The position numbers and the translations under genes were made by a program. A DNA stretch of 64,000 nucleotides, from positions 843,720 to 907,719 of the forward strand of contig CAVRWF010000001.1 in NCBI GenBank assembly GCA_963724845.1, written 5' to 3'. The DNA comes from an uncultured Alphaproteobacteria bacterium. GTDB lineage: Bacteria; Pseudomonadota; Alphaproteobacteria; Rhizobiales; Beijerinckiaceae. Numbering within the stretch: position 1 is the stretch's first letter; every line of letters begins with the position of its first letter. Positions 1-9,475 of this stretch are shown here, piece after piece. Under the pieces are notes generated by a model. The model saw only the letters and a list, made by a program, of their open reading frames with translations, ran no database searches and was not told the origin of the DNA.

Positions 1-1
1 G

Positions 2-928
2 ATCGTGACCCCACGCTGCTTGGCTATAATTGAGGCTTTTGAGCAGAAGGGCGGTCTGGACGAAGAGGATGCGCGCATTTTTGTGTCAGAGGCGATCGAG
101 ACATTCCGCTGGCGTAATGAAGCAACAGTCTCTGCGGAAACCTATCGAAAGCTTCGCGCCGCGCATCCCGTCATAGCCGATGTAGTTTGCTTTAAAGGAC
201 CGCATATTAATCATCTCGCCTTGCACTCGCTCGATATAGACGCGGCGCAGCTTGCGATGGCTGATTTGGGATCCAAGGCGACAATCGAGGGTCCGCCCCG
301 TCGCGACTGCGCTATTCTTTTGCGTCAAAGCAGCTTCAAGGCTATTGAGGAGCCGGTCGTCTTTGAAGAAAGGGATGGGTCCTTTTCGCGGGGAATTCAT
401 GCGGCGCGCTTTGGCGAGATCGAACAGCGGGGCATTGCGCTGACCCTCAAAGGCCGCGCACTCTATGATCGACTTCTCGTAGCGGTCAATGAAGCAGTGT
501 CCACCGCCAGCGATAGCCCAGGCGCAACTGAGTACGCGCTTGAACTGGCGCGCCAATTCAAATCCTTCCCGGACGACTTTGCTACAATGCGGAAAGAAGA
601 CTTGGCTTTTTTTCATTATCGGCCAACGGCGACAGGTCTGAGCCGCACCTACGATACCTCGCTTCCGTTCTCGATCGACAGCTTACTTCGGGACGGCTAC
701 GTTTGTGTTGAGCCCATCGTTTACGAGGATTTCTTGCCAGTAAGCGCGGCAGGCATATTTCGCTCGAACTTAGGAAAATATGAGCGCGCCAATCCAGTAC
801 AACCCTCAAACAAGCGCGCGTTCGAAGAGGCGTTGGGCGCAGAAGTTATTGACGAATTGGCGCTCTACGCCGATATTGCAGCTAACTCGCTCATCGAAAC
901 TCTGAACGCATTTGGATTAAAGGCATGA
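2..928 (+). CDS. DUF1338 / VOC-fold metal-dependent dioxygenase-decarboxylase-like protein (HglS/YdcJ family), C-terminal part; 5' end lies outside the window
   Basis: The reading frame is open to the left window edge. Segments such as HINHLALHSLDID and GIHAARFGEIEQRGIALTLKGRALYD resemble the DUF1338 family as I remember it. The 3' end overlaps murQ convergently by 12 nt. Confidence 0.55.
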   Translation: MVTPRCLAIIEAFEQKGGLDEEDARIFVSEAIETFRWRNEATVSAETYRKLRAAHPVIADVVCFKGPHINHLALHSLDIDAAQLAMADLGSKATIEGPPRRDCAILLRQSSFKAIEEPVVFEERDGSFSRGIHAARFGEIEQRGIALTLKGRALYDRLLVAVNEAVSTASDSPGATEYALELARQFKSFPDDFATMRKEDLAFFHYRPTATGLSRTYDTSLPFSIDSLLRDGYVCVEPIVYEDFLPVSAAGIFRSNLGKYERANPVQPSNKRAFEEALGAEVIDELALYADIAANSLIETLNAFGLKA

Positions 929-1840
929 ATTCGCCTTGTCCAAATGAAATTGGGCGATCAGACTCATTGCTCGGCGCAGGTGTCCATCCGCCCTGTCGAG
1001 AGCCGACTGTGCTTCTCCGCGGCCATAGCCTTGGAGAAGTAGAAAAGCCAGCTTCACGCTTCCATCCGCCCGTTGGAGAGCTTCGCCTATCTTTTCACTG
1101 CTCTGGCCGCTGAGGCGCGACAAAATCTTTTCGCTTCTCCGAACCAACTTTTTGTTTGAAGCCTGAACATCCACCATCAGGCCGTCGTATACGCGACCGA
1201 GTAGAATCATGACCAGGGAGGATAGCAACACGAGCGTAATCCGCTGGGCTGTTCCTGCCTTCATCCGGGTCGAACCGGCGATTGGTTCCGAGCCTGTATC
1301 GAGAAAGATTGAATGGTCGGCTTCCTGCAGGAGTGGCGTTCCTCGATTGTTGGCGACGCCAACTGTCAGAGCGCCTGCCTGTTTTGCTTCCCGCAAAAAC
1401 GCCACCGTGAACGGAGTCGTGCCGCTCGCCGCAACGGCGATAGCTACGTCTGCCGACGCAATTCCGTTGCGGCGCACCAATTCAATTGCATGAGCTTCTT
1501 GATCTTCAGCGCCTTCGACCGACCGTAGGAGAGCCTCGCTTCCGCCCGCAATGATCAGCATAAGTCGATCATGCGGCCAGCCGAATGTCGGCATGAGTTC
1601 CGCTCCGTCCTGCGCCGCCAGGCGGCCGGACGTTCCTGCGCCTACGTAAACAAGTCGCCCCCGCCCCTTTAACCGCTTCTCTATTGCAACTGCCGCCTTC
1701 TCGATAGCTGGTCGGGCGGCCCTCACAGACGCCACGGCGGCAAATTGTCCTTCGACCATCGCATCCAGAATTTCCGCCGGTTCCCAGACGTCGATTGTCG
1801 CGTAGCGGGGGCTCGGACGTTCTGTCTCCATGGGGCTCAT
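917..1840 (-). CDS. murQ: N-acetylmuramic acid 6-phosphate etherase
   Basis: SIS-domain protein with GRLVYVGAGTSGRLAAQDGAELMPTFG and STRMKAGTAQ motifs typical of MurQ. The ORF track extends to 1924 via a TTG. I chose the ATG at 1840 (MSPMETERP...) by length comparison with E. coli MurQ. Confidence 0.85.
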   Translation of the reverse strand: MSPMETERPSPRYATIDVWEPAEILDAMVEGQFAAVASVRAARPAIEKAAVAIEKRLKGRGRLVYVGAGTSGRLAAQDGAELMPTFGWPHDRLMLIIAGGSEALLRSVEGAEDQEAHAIELVRRNGIASADVAIAVAASGTTPFTVAFLREAKQAGALTVGVANNRGTPLLQEADHSIFLDTGSEPIAGSTRMKAGTAQRITLVLLSSLVMILLGRVYDGLMVDVQASNKKLVRRSEKILSRLSGQSSEKIGEALQRADGSVKLAFLLLQGYGRGEAQSALDRADGHLRRAMSLIAQFHLDKANSCL

Positions 1841-2049
1841 CGGCGCAGCGAGGTGATTGTCGACATATGGCCAAGAGCGATAGAAATTCAAGCGAACTCC
1901 CTTCTCCCTTGCAACAGAAGCCAAAGAAGCCGAAGCCTCGGCTGCAGATGCAATTTTGTTTTCTCTGCTCGCGCTATTTACGTTCTTGTGAGATGATCGA
2001 GTTGCTGGGGCCTTGGCAAAGCAATGCTATGCACATCGTTAACGTCCAT

Positions 2050-3060
2050 ATGACTGCCGATCTGCATGCGGCTCCAGAAGTTGTGAGCAGGCAGGAGCGA
2101 ACTCTCTCAGGCATTCTGACGACGCTGGCAGCAAAGTTACGGCGCACGCCGCCGAGAGTCATCGTTACTTGCGCGCGAGGCAGTTCCGCCCATGCGGCAA
2201 CCTTCGGGAAATATCTTTTCGAGCGTTATCTCGGCATACCGGTTGCCGCAGCGGCGCCAAGCGTCACCACGATCTATCACCAGCGCCTTCTTCTGGCCGA
2301 CCAACTGTTTGTGGCCATTTCTCAGTCCGGGGAAAGCGGCGATCTCATTGAACAAGCGATTTCAGCGCGGGCGTCAGGAGCCGTCACAACCTGCATAACA
2401 AATGACGCCGGAAGCGAATTGGCTCAAGCCTGCGAATTCGTGCTGCCCATGGAAGCGGGACCAGAACTTAGCATTCCCGCAACAAAAACCTTTATCGCAT
2501 CGCTCTCGGCTCTCGCGCGTCTGACTGCGGTATGGGCGCAAGACGAAGCGCTTTTGGCAGCCCTGCGGCGATTGCCCGAACGCCTTGCCGCCGCTGGCGG
2601 ACTCGACTGGAGCCAGATGTTAGGGCGCCTGATCGAAGCCGACAGCCTCGTCACGATCGGGCGAGGACCAACTCTAGCAATCGCTCGTGAAGCGGCGCTC
2701 AAATTGAAGGAAACATCCGATCTTCACGCCGAGGCGTTTTCTGCGGCGGAATTCCTACACGGACCGATCGCTTTGGTGTCTTCACAGTATCCAGTGCTCA
2801 TGTTCACGCCTGCAGACGCCGCCGCCCACTGCATGACTCAGTTGGCCTGCGATTTGACGAGGAAAGGAGCGACCGTGTTTATCACCGGGTCTTTCGAGGG
2901 CCCTCCCGACCAACTCGCAACGCTTGCGCCGGACCATCCCGAAACCGATGCGATATGCCTTGTGCAAAGCTTTTATTCCATGGTTGTTCGGCTCGCGGCC
3001 GAGCGAGGACTCAACGCGGACCAACCGCGCCATTTGCAGAAAGTCACGCGAACGCGATGA
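2050..3060 (+). CDS. Two-SIS-domain sugar-phosphate isomerase/deaminase (GlmS isomerase-half-like, NagB-II/AgaS type)
   Basis: Carries CARGSSAHAA and SQSGESGD SIS motifs and a second SIS half (GRGPTLAIAREAALKLKE). It sits between murQ and nagA. The start is uncertain (candidates 1993, 2029, 2050); the longer track ORF would overlap murQ. Confidence 0.75.
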   Translation: MTADLHAAPEVVSRQERTLSGILTTLAAKLRRTPPRVIVTCARGSSAHAATFGKYLFERYLGIPVAAAAPSVTTIYHQRLLLADQLFVAISQSGESGDLIEQAISARASGAVTTCITNDAGSELAQACEFVLPMEAGPELSIPATKTFIASLSALARLTAVWAQDEALLAALRRLPERLAAAGGLDWSQMLGRLIEADSLVTIGRGPTLAIAREAALKLKETSDLHAEAFSAAEFLHGPIALVSSQYPVLMFTPADAAAHCMTQLACDLTRKGATVFITGSFEGPPDQLATLAPDHPETDAICLVQSFYSMVVRLAAERGLNADQPRHLQKVTRTR

Positions 3061-4217
3061 GCCGCAGGCGTCAACATGCTGTTGCGGCGGACTATGTTTT
3101 CGACGGTGTGGACGTGCATCGCGATTGTGGCGTCTTGATCGATGATTCCAGGATCGCAGCAGTGGCGCCGCGTGGCGACCTGTCACCGTCTATAGATCTT
3201 TACCATTCTCCCCCAGGAGCCTGGCTTGCCCCGGGTTTCATCGATGTTCAGGTGAACGGGGGAGGGGACGTCCTGTTCAACGCCGATCCAACGCCGGAGG
3301 GCGTGGCGAAAATCATAAATGCGCATCGGAAGTTTGGAGTCACAGCGCTCTTGCCGACGCTGATCACCGATACGGACGATGTCATGATGGCGGCGCTTAA
3401 GGCGGTTGAGACAATTATGGCTCATGACCCGGGAGTCCTCGGAATTCATCTCGAGGGGCCCTTCCTGTCTCCTGAAAAGCCGGGGGTTCATCGCCGCGAT
3501 CTGATTCGTAAGCCAGAACCTCACCACGCCCATATGCTGGCAACGTTCGTCCATGGCGTGTTGCTTGTTACTTTGGCTCCCGAGCAGGCGTCCGCTGGCT
3601 TCATCGCGACGTTGATTGCGGCGGGAGCCAAGGTTGCGCTCGGACATTCCATGGCGAACTATGCGCAAACTCGAGCCGCGATGGCGCAAGGAGTATTGGG
3701 CTTTACGCATTTATTCAATGCCATGCCACCGCTCTGCGCGCGCGAGCCCGGTCCTGTGGCTGCGGCGCTGGAGTCGACAGACGCATTCTATGGACTGATT
3801 GTCGACGGCGAGCACGTGGCTCCGGCAATGCTCAAACTCGCGATGCGAGGCCTCGGCCATCCCATGCTCGTAAGCGATGCGATGCCACCGGTTGGAGGCT
3901 CCAGTTGTGAATTTACGCTTCAAGGCAAACAGATAACGGTTCGCGACGGTCGCTGCTCTACATCGGAAGGTCTGCTCGCCGGCTCATCGATCGGAATGGC
4001 GACAGCGGTGCGAAACTGCGTGCGGCTGCTGTCACTGCCGTTGGAGAGAGCGTTACAACTCGCTTCGGCCGAACCGGCGAGCTTCCTGGGGTTGGGACGG
4101 TCGTTAGGCCGCCTGTCTCCGGGGTATCGAGCGGACATGGTTGCGTTCGATCCGAGAGATATTTCTGTTCTGACGACATGGGTTGCCGGGAAAAAGTGCG
4201 AGAGTTTGCCCGCTTGA
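3057..4217 (+). CDS. nagA: N-acetylglucosamine-6-phosphate deacetylase
   Basis: Amidohydrolase signature (GFIDVQVNGGGD, HLEGPFLS, ALGHS, HLFNAM, VSDAMP). The ATG at 3057 overlaps the upstream stop as ATGA (3057-3060), suggesting translational coupling. Confidence 0.85.
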   Translation: MSRRRQHAVAADYVFDGVDVHRDCGVLIDDSRIAAVAPRGDLSPSIDLYHSPPGAWLAPGFIDVQVNGGGDVLFNADPTPEGVAKIINAHRKFGVTALLPTLITDTDDVMMAALKAVETIMAHDPGVLGIHLEGPFLSPEKPGVHRRDLIRKPEPHHAHMLATFVHGVLLVTLAPEQASAGFIATLIAAGAKVALGHSMANYAQTRAAMAQGVLGFTHLFNAMPPLCAREPGPVAAALESTDAFYGLIVDGEHVAPAMLKLAMRGLGHPMLVSDAMPPVGGSSCEFTLQGKQITVRDGRCSTSEGLLAGSSIGMATAVRNCVRLLSLPLERALQLASAEPASFLGLGRSLGRLSPGYRADMVAFDPRDISVLTTWVAGKKCESLPA

Positions 4218-4301
4218 TGGTGCGCGCTTTAGCTTTCGGCGGGGAACTTATTCTGGATGTGACGGTTGTTAGTTGAATCTGTCGCGAGAGCGGGGGCCAT
4301 C

Positions 4302-4640
4302 ATGGGTATCAGAAAACTTGAGCGAGAAGACTGGGGTCCATTTCTCGATTACATTTCAAAAATATTCAAGGGCCGCGAGGCGGAAACAGAAACTGCCTCG
4401 CTAGCGCTCGGCGAACAAGTCGAGGCAAAATGGCTACCATTGATAGGGTTAACTTACGATCCGAAAGATGATGTAATCGACTTTGCGTTGGATGGTCTCG
4501 ATCACTTAATCCACAAGCCTCGTGAGGTTTATGTCGACGAGGGAGTCGAGTTAATGACGAGTCTCGAAATCGTCGATGCAGACGGCGTCCACCTGATCGC
4601 AAAATTCAGGGAGCCTTTACTGCTACCGCCTGCTCAGTGA
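4302..4640 (+). CDS. DUF5335-like small conserved protein
   Basis: The pattern KLEREDWGPFLDYISK...EAETETASLALGEQVEAKWLPLIGLTYDPKDDVIDFALDGLDHLIHKPREVYVDE matches DUF5335 as I remember it. Start taken at the internal ATG 4302. Confidence 0.5.
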   Translation: MGIRKLEREDWGPFLDYISKIFKGREAETETASLALGEQVEAKWLPLIGLTYDPKDDVIDFALDGLDHLIHKPREVYVDEGVELMTSLEIVDADGVHLIAKFREPLLLPPAQ

Positions 4641-4716
4641 AATCAAAGGATCATTCGACGTGCTCCCGAGATAAACTTAAGCTGGGTCGTTGTGAAGCTA
4701 ATGGCCGAAATTACCG

Positions 4717-4992
4717 CTAGGTCGGGCGCACGCCGGAAAATTGTTTCAGCAGTTTATTGAGTTCGCCCACCCAGCCTTTTAGGCGGACTATCGTATCTTC
4801 TATCGAGCTTTCGACAACATTCGTTCCGGCCGGCAATTTTCCGGATTCAAGCGCGGTAATTTGCCTTTGAAGTGTCGTGCGAATTTGAATCCACTCTTCG
4901 ATCAAATCGTTGATGGTCATCGTCGGCGCGTCCAAATTGTCGTTGAACTTTGGGGAAAGAACCGTTCCCCGCCCTCGTCGTATAAAAACCAT
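4717..4992 (-). CDS. Hypothetical small coiled-coil-like protein (start uncertain; alternative ATG at 4920)
   Basis: ORF only, with no family recognised. A hairpin plus T-rich run at about 4995-5021 just upstream argues for the shorter 67-aa form MTINDL... Confidence 0.3.
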   Translation of the reverse strand: MVFIRRGRGTVLSPKFNDNLDAPTMTINDLIEEWIQIRTTLQRQITALESGKLPAGTNVVESSIEDTIVRLKGWVGELNKLLKQFSGVRPT

Positions 4993-5077
4993 TAAAGGCG
5001 AAAGCGGACCCCGCTTTCACGTGCAAGGAGAACCACGGAATTATTTCAGACTCTCCTGCAATACCAACACGCGACCA

Positions 5078-5152
5078 TCAAAGGCGCGTCAGGGTAAACG
5101 CGACTATTAGCGCCGCAGCCAACATACATGCGGGGATAAGAAAGCCCATCAT
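5078..5152 (-). CDS. Candidate 24-aa hydrophobic micro-protein (MMGFLIPACMLAAALIVAFTLTRL)
   Basis: Below the ORF-track cutoff. A strong Shine-Dalgarno (GGGAGGTAAAA) lies directly upstream of the ATG on the minus strand, and the sequence has one predicted TM-like span. Confidence 0.25.
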   Translation of the reverse strand: MMGFLIPACMLAAALIVAFTLTRL

Positions 5153-5297
5153 TTTTACCTCCCGTTTTACGAGGACACCTAACTGGCGTCATTGCACAGC
5201 AACGGATATCGGCCTGGAGTGGTGATATCAGACAAACGCTTCAACGGCGCAGTTGGTTCCGTCTTTCTAACTGCTAGACTGCGGCTCAACGCCCACT

Positions 5298-6005
5298 TCA
5301 TTCCAAGCCGCAGATCTCTTTGGGTTCCCCGCCTGTATCGGTGGGATGTTCAGGAAGATGCGACGTCCAGGCTACCAACGCGGCTGCCCCTGCGTCGGAC
5401 AGCGCATAAACGCCACGCTCGACCTTAACGAACCAGCCATAGACATTTCGGAGCAGTATTTTTTGAGCATCCGGTATGCCTGCTTTCAAGTCGCGAGGCC
5501 GCGCCGGCGCTCGCGCTAAGGCAGCAGCGCATTCCAGCGCCTGCTGGCGGTACGCTGTCATAATCGGTTGCCGCGTGCCGCCGCCGGTCGCAGGATCCCC
5601 CTTCCGTCGCCGATGTTCGTCAAGGATTCTTGACCGGCGTTTGGCGTTTCTCCTTGGCCGCCATGGCGCCGGCTCGACCAAGACGTCCACCGTGCCGAAA
5701 CGAGACACCGAAAGCAGGCCGAAGCCAAGCAGGCGACAAAGCTTTTTGACCCTGTGATCCGATTCTCTGCCACGCCCCCGGAGCGAGGTCTGAACTGCTA
5801 GCCAAACTTCGTCGCATGCTGTCGAACGGTCCACGGCCTGAAGGACCAAATCGAGCGTGAAAGTCAGCTTCAATTCGCATATGACGACTGCTATCGGCGA
5901 GCCGCGGTCAACAGCCACAATGTCGCAGCCGCACACCTCGCCTTTGACTTCGAAGTCCAACCCTTCGAGGAAACGCTTCACCGGTAGATAAAGGCTTGTT
6001 TCCAA
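5298..6005 (-). CDS. DUF2161-like protein
   Basis: The N-terminal pattern LYLPVKRFLEGLDFEVKGEVCGCDIVAV...VICELKLTFTLDLVLQAVDR and the C-terminal TAYRQQAL...NVYGWFVKVERGVYALS match DUF2161 as remembered. Confidence 0.55.
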   Translation of the reverse strand: METSLYLPVKRFLEGLDFEVKGEVCGCDIVAVDRGSPIAVVICELKLTFTLDLVLQAVDRSTACDEVWLAVQTSLRGRGRESDHRVKKLCRLLGFGLLSVSRFGTVDVLVEPAPWRPRRNAKRRSRILDEHRRRKGDPATGGGTRQPIMTAYRQQALECAAALARAPARPRDLKAGIPDAQKILLRNVYGWFVKVERGVYALSDAGAAALVAWTSHLPEHPTDTGGEPKEICGLE

Positions 6006-6131
6006 CGCTCGCCCTTGACGCGTCCCGCAGCTCGCCGCCCGTCAACGAATCGCGCTCGTACAGAGAAAGGTTAACTTAGCGATGGCGGCGATATTGGCAA
6101 CTCATCGCCCCCCGCGCGATTCATCGGCCGT

Positions 6132-6929
6132 TCAGTCGAGATGAGCTACGACAACCAGCCGTTTGACCTCGCCGTCTTCAAAAGCCTGCAAAAATGCGTT
6201 GTAATCCTTAAAGGCTACACATCCATTGGAATCTCCCTTTGGACCAAGCATGTAACTGTGAGCGAGGAGACCTGCCCGTCCCAGGACATTATTGTCGCCG
6301 ATGGGTTTCAGACGTAGCGCCTGAACTCCATGGAAGGGCCTTTCCCTTAATGCGAGCTCATAGACATGGGGCGGCGTCGCGCCGCGCATGCGTTCATTCA
6401 CGTAAAGCGGGTTGTCCAGCCTAGCGCCCAGGCCCGAATGCGCCTCCAATGTTGTTCCGTTGGGGAGATAGACGGTGTGCGCCGAGATGTCATAGACGGC
6501 AGTCCATCCATCCAACTCTCGCAGAGAGTCAATTGCAGTTCTTCGCTCATTGCTAATAGCGCCGCCCTCCGGCGTGGCGAATGCCAGGGCGGACTCGGAA
6601 GCTTCTCGCCCACCAATACGTTTCGTCGAGCCAAAAGGCTTCTCGGAAGAAGCGCGTTTTTCTATCGGAGCAACTGTGAACGCGTGATTTCGGCTCTGCT
6701 GCTGAAAATTGACAGGGCTATACAGTCCGCTCATTGCTCCAATCCAAATCAGAGACACGGAGACGAAGAAAGCAATTTCGATTTGTTTTGACGGAGAAAT
6801 AGCGTAACGACGCCAAGTCCAATATGGCAAAGCGAACAGGCAACCAACAATAATTATAGAATAGACGCCAAGTCCGCTCATTGGACTCCCCATCGCGTTC
6901 CAGCTTCCAGAGAACAATAGTCCCTTCAA
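6132..6929 (-). CDS. Membrane-anchored DUF2778 / Tlde1-like (L,D-transpeptidase-fold) protein
   Basis: Two N-terminal hydrophobic spans. The C-terminal region is YDISAHTVYLPNGTTLEAHSGLG...GATPPHVYEL...LLAHSYMLGPKGDSNGCVAF, with the HS...GC active-site-like pattern of DUF2778. Confidence 0.6.
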   Translation of the reverse strand: MKGLLFSGSWNAMGSPMSGLGVYSIIIVGCLFALPYWTWRRYAISPSKQIEIAFFVSVSLIWIGAMSGLYSPVNFQQQSRNHAFTVAPIEKRASSEKPFGSTKRIGGREASESALAFATPEGGAISNERRTAIDSLRELDGWTAVYDISAHTVYLPNGTTLEAHSGLGARLDNPLYVNERMRGATPPHVYELALRERPFHGVQALRLKPIGDNNVLGRAGLLAHSYMLGPKGDSNGCVAFKDYNAFLQAFEDGEVKRLVVVAHLD

Positions 6930-7164
6930 GCGCGTGCGGTAAATCCGTATAGCTCCTAAGCGGGAGCGTTAGGGCGATCAAAAGAGCCGATTCAAGCGTC
7001 CAAAAACCCTAAGCAGGGGCCGTCGCTAATCCAGGGGGCGCTTGTTCCGCAACGCCATACGGGCGACGAGTGCTTCGACATGGAAACGCAAGATTTCCTG
7101 AGTTTTGGATATTTTCGGCGCCTTGAGTGCTGCTGCCGCCACGTACAATGCGCTTGCCCTGTGA

Positions 7165-8466
7165 CTAGAGCGTTTGCAGCACTTCGGTCATCAAAGGGCG
7201 AGCCAGAGTATCACTCTGCACGCAGGATAGCTCAAGATCTCGCAATTTCGTCAGTTCAGCGGGCTTCGGTGTGCAATGCGCAAGCAATTCCCCGAGCAGC
7301 AATCCCCAGGCGCGAACTTCGATACGTCGCCAGGCGTCCCCATCTTCTCCGGTGGGGAGGACGCAAGCCGCGCCGAAATCGCTGAGCGTCGCTTCGCCCG
7401 ATCGACCATCCCAGAGAACATTGTGGGCATAGAGATCGCCGTGCAAAAGGTCTCGGGCGTGAAGGTGAGCTGCCGCGGTGGCGACGCCGCGCGCAATTCG
7501 AAGGAGGCTGGAGGGGTTGATGCACAGACCGGGATCATAGACATCGCGGCTACAGCTCGCGGCGCTCGGTGGTCCCGCAAGGATACGCCAGTGCCCGGGT
7601 AAAAGCGGCATCAGGAGCGCATCCATCCCGTTGGGATGATCTGGCACCCGGCCAAGAGCGGACGTGAGGTTCGGGTGTTCGCCTGCGGCCAAGCAGGTCG
7701 CCATTTCGCGTTCTGGTAGACCGTCGCTGGTCATTGCGCCCTTAAATATTTTTAGCGCGACGGCCCGAGTCCGTCCCGTATCGTCAGCACGCCAGAGGGC
7801 GCGATGCACATGTCCTGACGCTCCTTCGCCGAGACGTTCGTGAATATCGAGATCAGCCCAAGGAACGAACGCAGCGACAGAGGGCGACAGCCGGCGCTCC
7901 ACAGGGTTGCCGGCCCAGGAGATCCAGGCAAGTCTAGGGAGTTTCAGCAGCCAATGCGGCAAAATCTCAAAGCGATTGGCGCTCAGACGAATGAGCTCGA
8001 GCGATTCCGCATCGGCGAGGCTCGCCGGCAAACTTCGGAGACGATTTCCGGCGAGCATCAGCTTCTGCAGATGCGGCCGTTCACCAAGCGCATCGGGCAG
8101 ACGATCGATTCGATTGTCGGTTAGAGTCAGCCAGCGCAGCAGTGGCGGCAGGGATTCGCCAGGAACTTCTCGCAGCCGCGCCCCCCGGAAACCGACCTGG
8201 CTAAGCGAGACGCAATCGCCGAGCGCGGGAGGAAGCAGCTCGAACCTATTGCCAGAACAAAACAGCGCACGCAGCTTGCGGAGCCGGCCCATGTCGTCAG
8301 GAAGCGCCCTCAGCTCGCCGCCGCTCAGATCCAGAATCTCGAGCGTTTCCGCGAGATCGAATATCTCTGACGGAAATTCTGTAAGCCCGGGAAGGCAAAG
8401 CTGTCGCGCGCCGGCGAGATCGCCGCGCCGGAGAGCCTGCAGTTGGGTCTGTGTCGATGCGCGCAT
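7165..8466 (-). CDS. Leucine-rich-repeat protein kinase (N-terminal LRRs plus C-terminal Ser/Thr-kinase-like domain)
   Basis: About 8 LRR units (LxxLxLxxNxLxxLP, e.g. LEILDLSGGELRALPDDMGRLRKLRALFCSGNRFELLP). Kinase motifs are GEGASGHV (G-loop), VALKIF (Lys), HGDLYAHNVL (catalytic loop) and SDFG (DFG). Start taken at ATG 8466; the track ORF extends to 8625. Confidence 0.75.
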   Translation of the reverse strand: MRASTQTQLQALRRGDLAGARQLCLPGLTEFPSEIFDLAETLEILDLSGGELRALPDDMGRLRKLRALFCSGNRFELLPPALGDCVSLSQVGFRGARLREVPGESLPPLLRWLTLTDNRIDRLPDALGERPHLQKLMLAGNRLRSLPASLADAESLELIRLSANRFEILPHWLLKLPRLAWISWAGNPVERRLSPSVAAFVPWADLDIHERLGEGASGHVHRALWRADDTGRTRAVALKIFKGAMTSDGLPEREMATCLAAGEHPNLTSALGRVPDHPNGMDALLMPLLPGHWRILAGPPSAASCSRDVYDPGLCINPSSLLRIARGVATAAAHLHARDLLHGDLYAHNVLWDGRSGEATLSDFGAACVLPTGEDGDAWRRIEVRAWGLLLGELLAHCTPKPAELTKLRDLELSCVQSDTLARPLMTEVLQTL

Positions 8467-8858
8467 GCTCCGTTTTAGCGAACCAACTCGAGAAGCAAAA
8501 GTCCAGTTGGAACGTTTAGAACGGGAGGGCGGCAATGAACGACACCGCGAGCGGCAGCCATAAAGCGTAATCTGATTCATTAAACGATTGGCTGAGGGGT
8601 GTTTGGTCAACTCCGCACCCCTCAATCATTTCCAGCCTGCGTTCGAGACGCCATCAGATGCGCGTAATCTCGAATTACAGCCGCGGAAGAAGCAGGTTTA
8701 GCGGCGGGCCGGTCACTTGCGTCGCCGGCGGTTGCTCTCGCCTGGGATGCGGCCGTTTCGACCGCCCTATGTTAGTATCTCGTGAAAAAGCGAGTACGCG
8801 CGCCGTAGTAGAAAAAGGCTTCGGCCATTTCGAGCTGACTACGATGAAAGGAGCGTAA

Positions 8859-9149
8859 ATGACACGAGTTGTCGAACATCGAAGCGCATTGCCATTCGGG
8901 CCGGTGGTGGAGGTGCATGTCCGACACAACGCCGACGCCGAACTGCCGGTCATCGCCATGATCAGCATCAACTTGTTTGGCGCAAGTCCCGATCCCGAGG
9001 CCTTTTCGCAGCCGTTACCTGCTTCCGACGCATTCCTTCAGGCGCTCGCTTATGCCGAGAGGGCTGGAATCGCATGCGTCTGGATTGATGATCCAGGCGG
9101 GCTCTTCCCGCCTGAGAAGCGCCCAGCGCGAGACTCGAACACCCCCTGA
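8859..9149 (+). CDS. Hypothetical protein
   Basis: 96-aa ORF with a good SD (AAAGGAG, 6 nt before the ATG). No family recognised. Confidence 0.4.
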   Translation: MTRVVEHRSALPFGPVVEVHVRHNADAELPVIAMISINLFGASPDPEAFSQPLPASDAFLQALAYAERAGIACVWIDDPGGLFPPEKRPARDSNTP

Positions 9150-9181
9150 GGAGAGCTAAAGACCAAGCGATCGAAGGCGAG

Positions 9182-9475
9182 TTACGCAGACATGCCTGTC
9201 GATTGCGAAGCCTCGAAGAAAAAACGCAAAACCTTCGCTTCGCCGCTGTCCTCAACGGGAATATGCCAGAATTTCGAATCCATGGTCGGAAAGCGCTCCA
9301 ATGGCACATGGATTTCGGTGAGCTGCGTGCGATTGCGTAATCCCCGCACTAGGGCTTGTTCGAGCATTCCGAGCAATTCTTCTTCATGTTCGGGCGCCTG
9401 GGTTACCGTCAGCGACGTTTGATTAGCAAGATGAAACGCCCCGTCTAATAACTGATCGAAGTGTAACAACGCCAT
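9182..9475 (-). CDS. Hypothetical protein
   Basis: 97-aa ORF with GAGG 6 nt upstream of the ATG. No family recognised. Confidence 0.35.
   Translation of the reverse strand: MALLHFDQLLDGAFHLANQTSLTVTQAPEHEEELLGMLEQALVRGLRNRTQLTEIHVPLERFPTMDSKFWHIPVEDSGEAKVLRFFFEASQSTGMSA

Noticed and set aside
1795-2049. Long N-terminal extension of the SIS-domain ORF (track start 1795)
   Set aside because: It would overlap the murQ 5' end on the opposite strand and encodes a non-conserved Lys/Pro/Ser-rich sequence. SIS homology begins after about 2050.
7907-8563. 218-aa Ser/Arg-rich ORF on the plus strand
   Set aside because: It is antisense to the LRR-kinase gene. The low-complexity S/R composition mirrors the LRR codons on the other strand.
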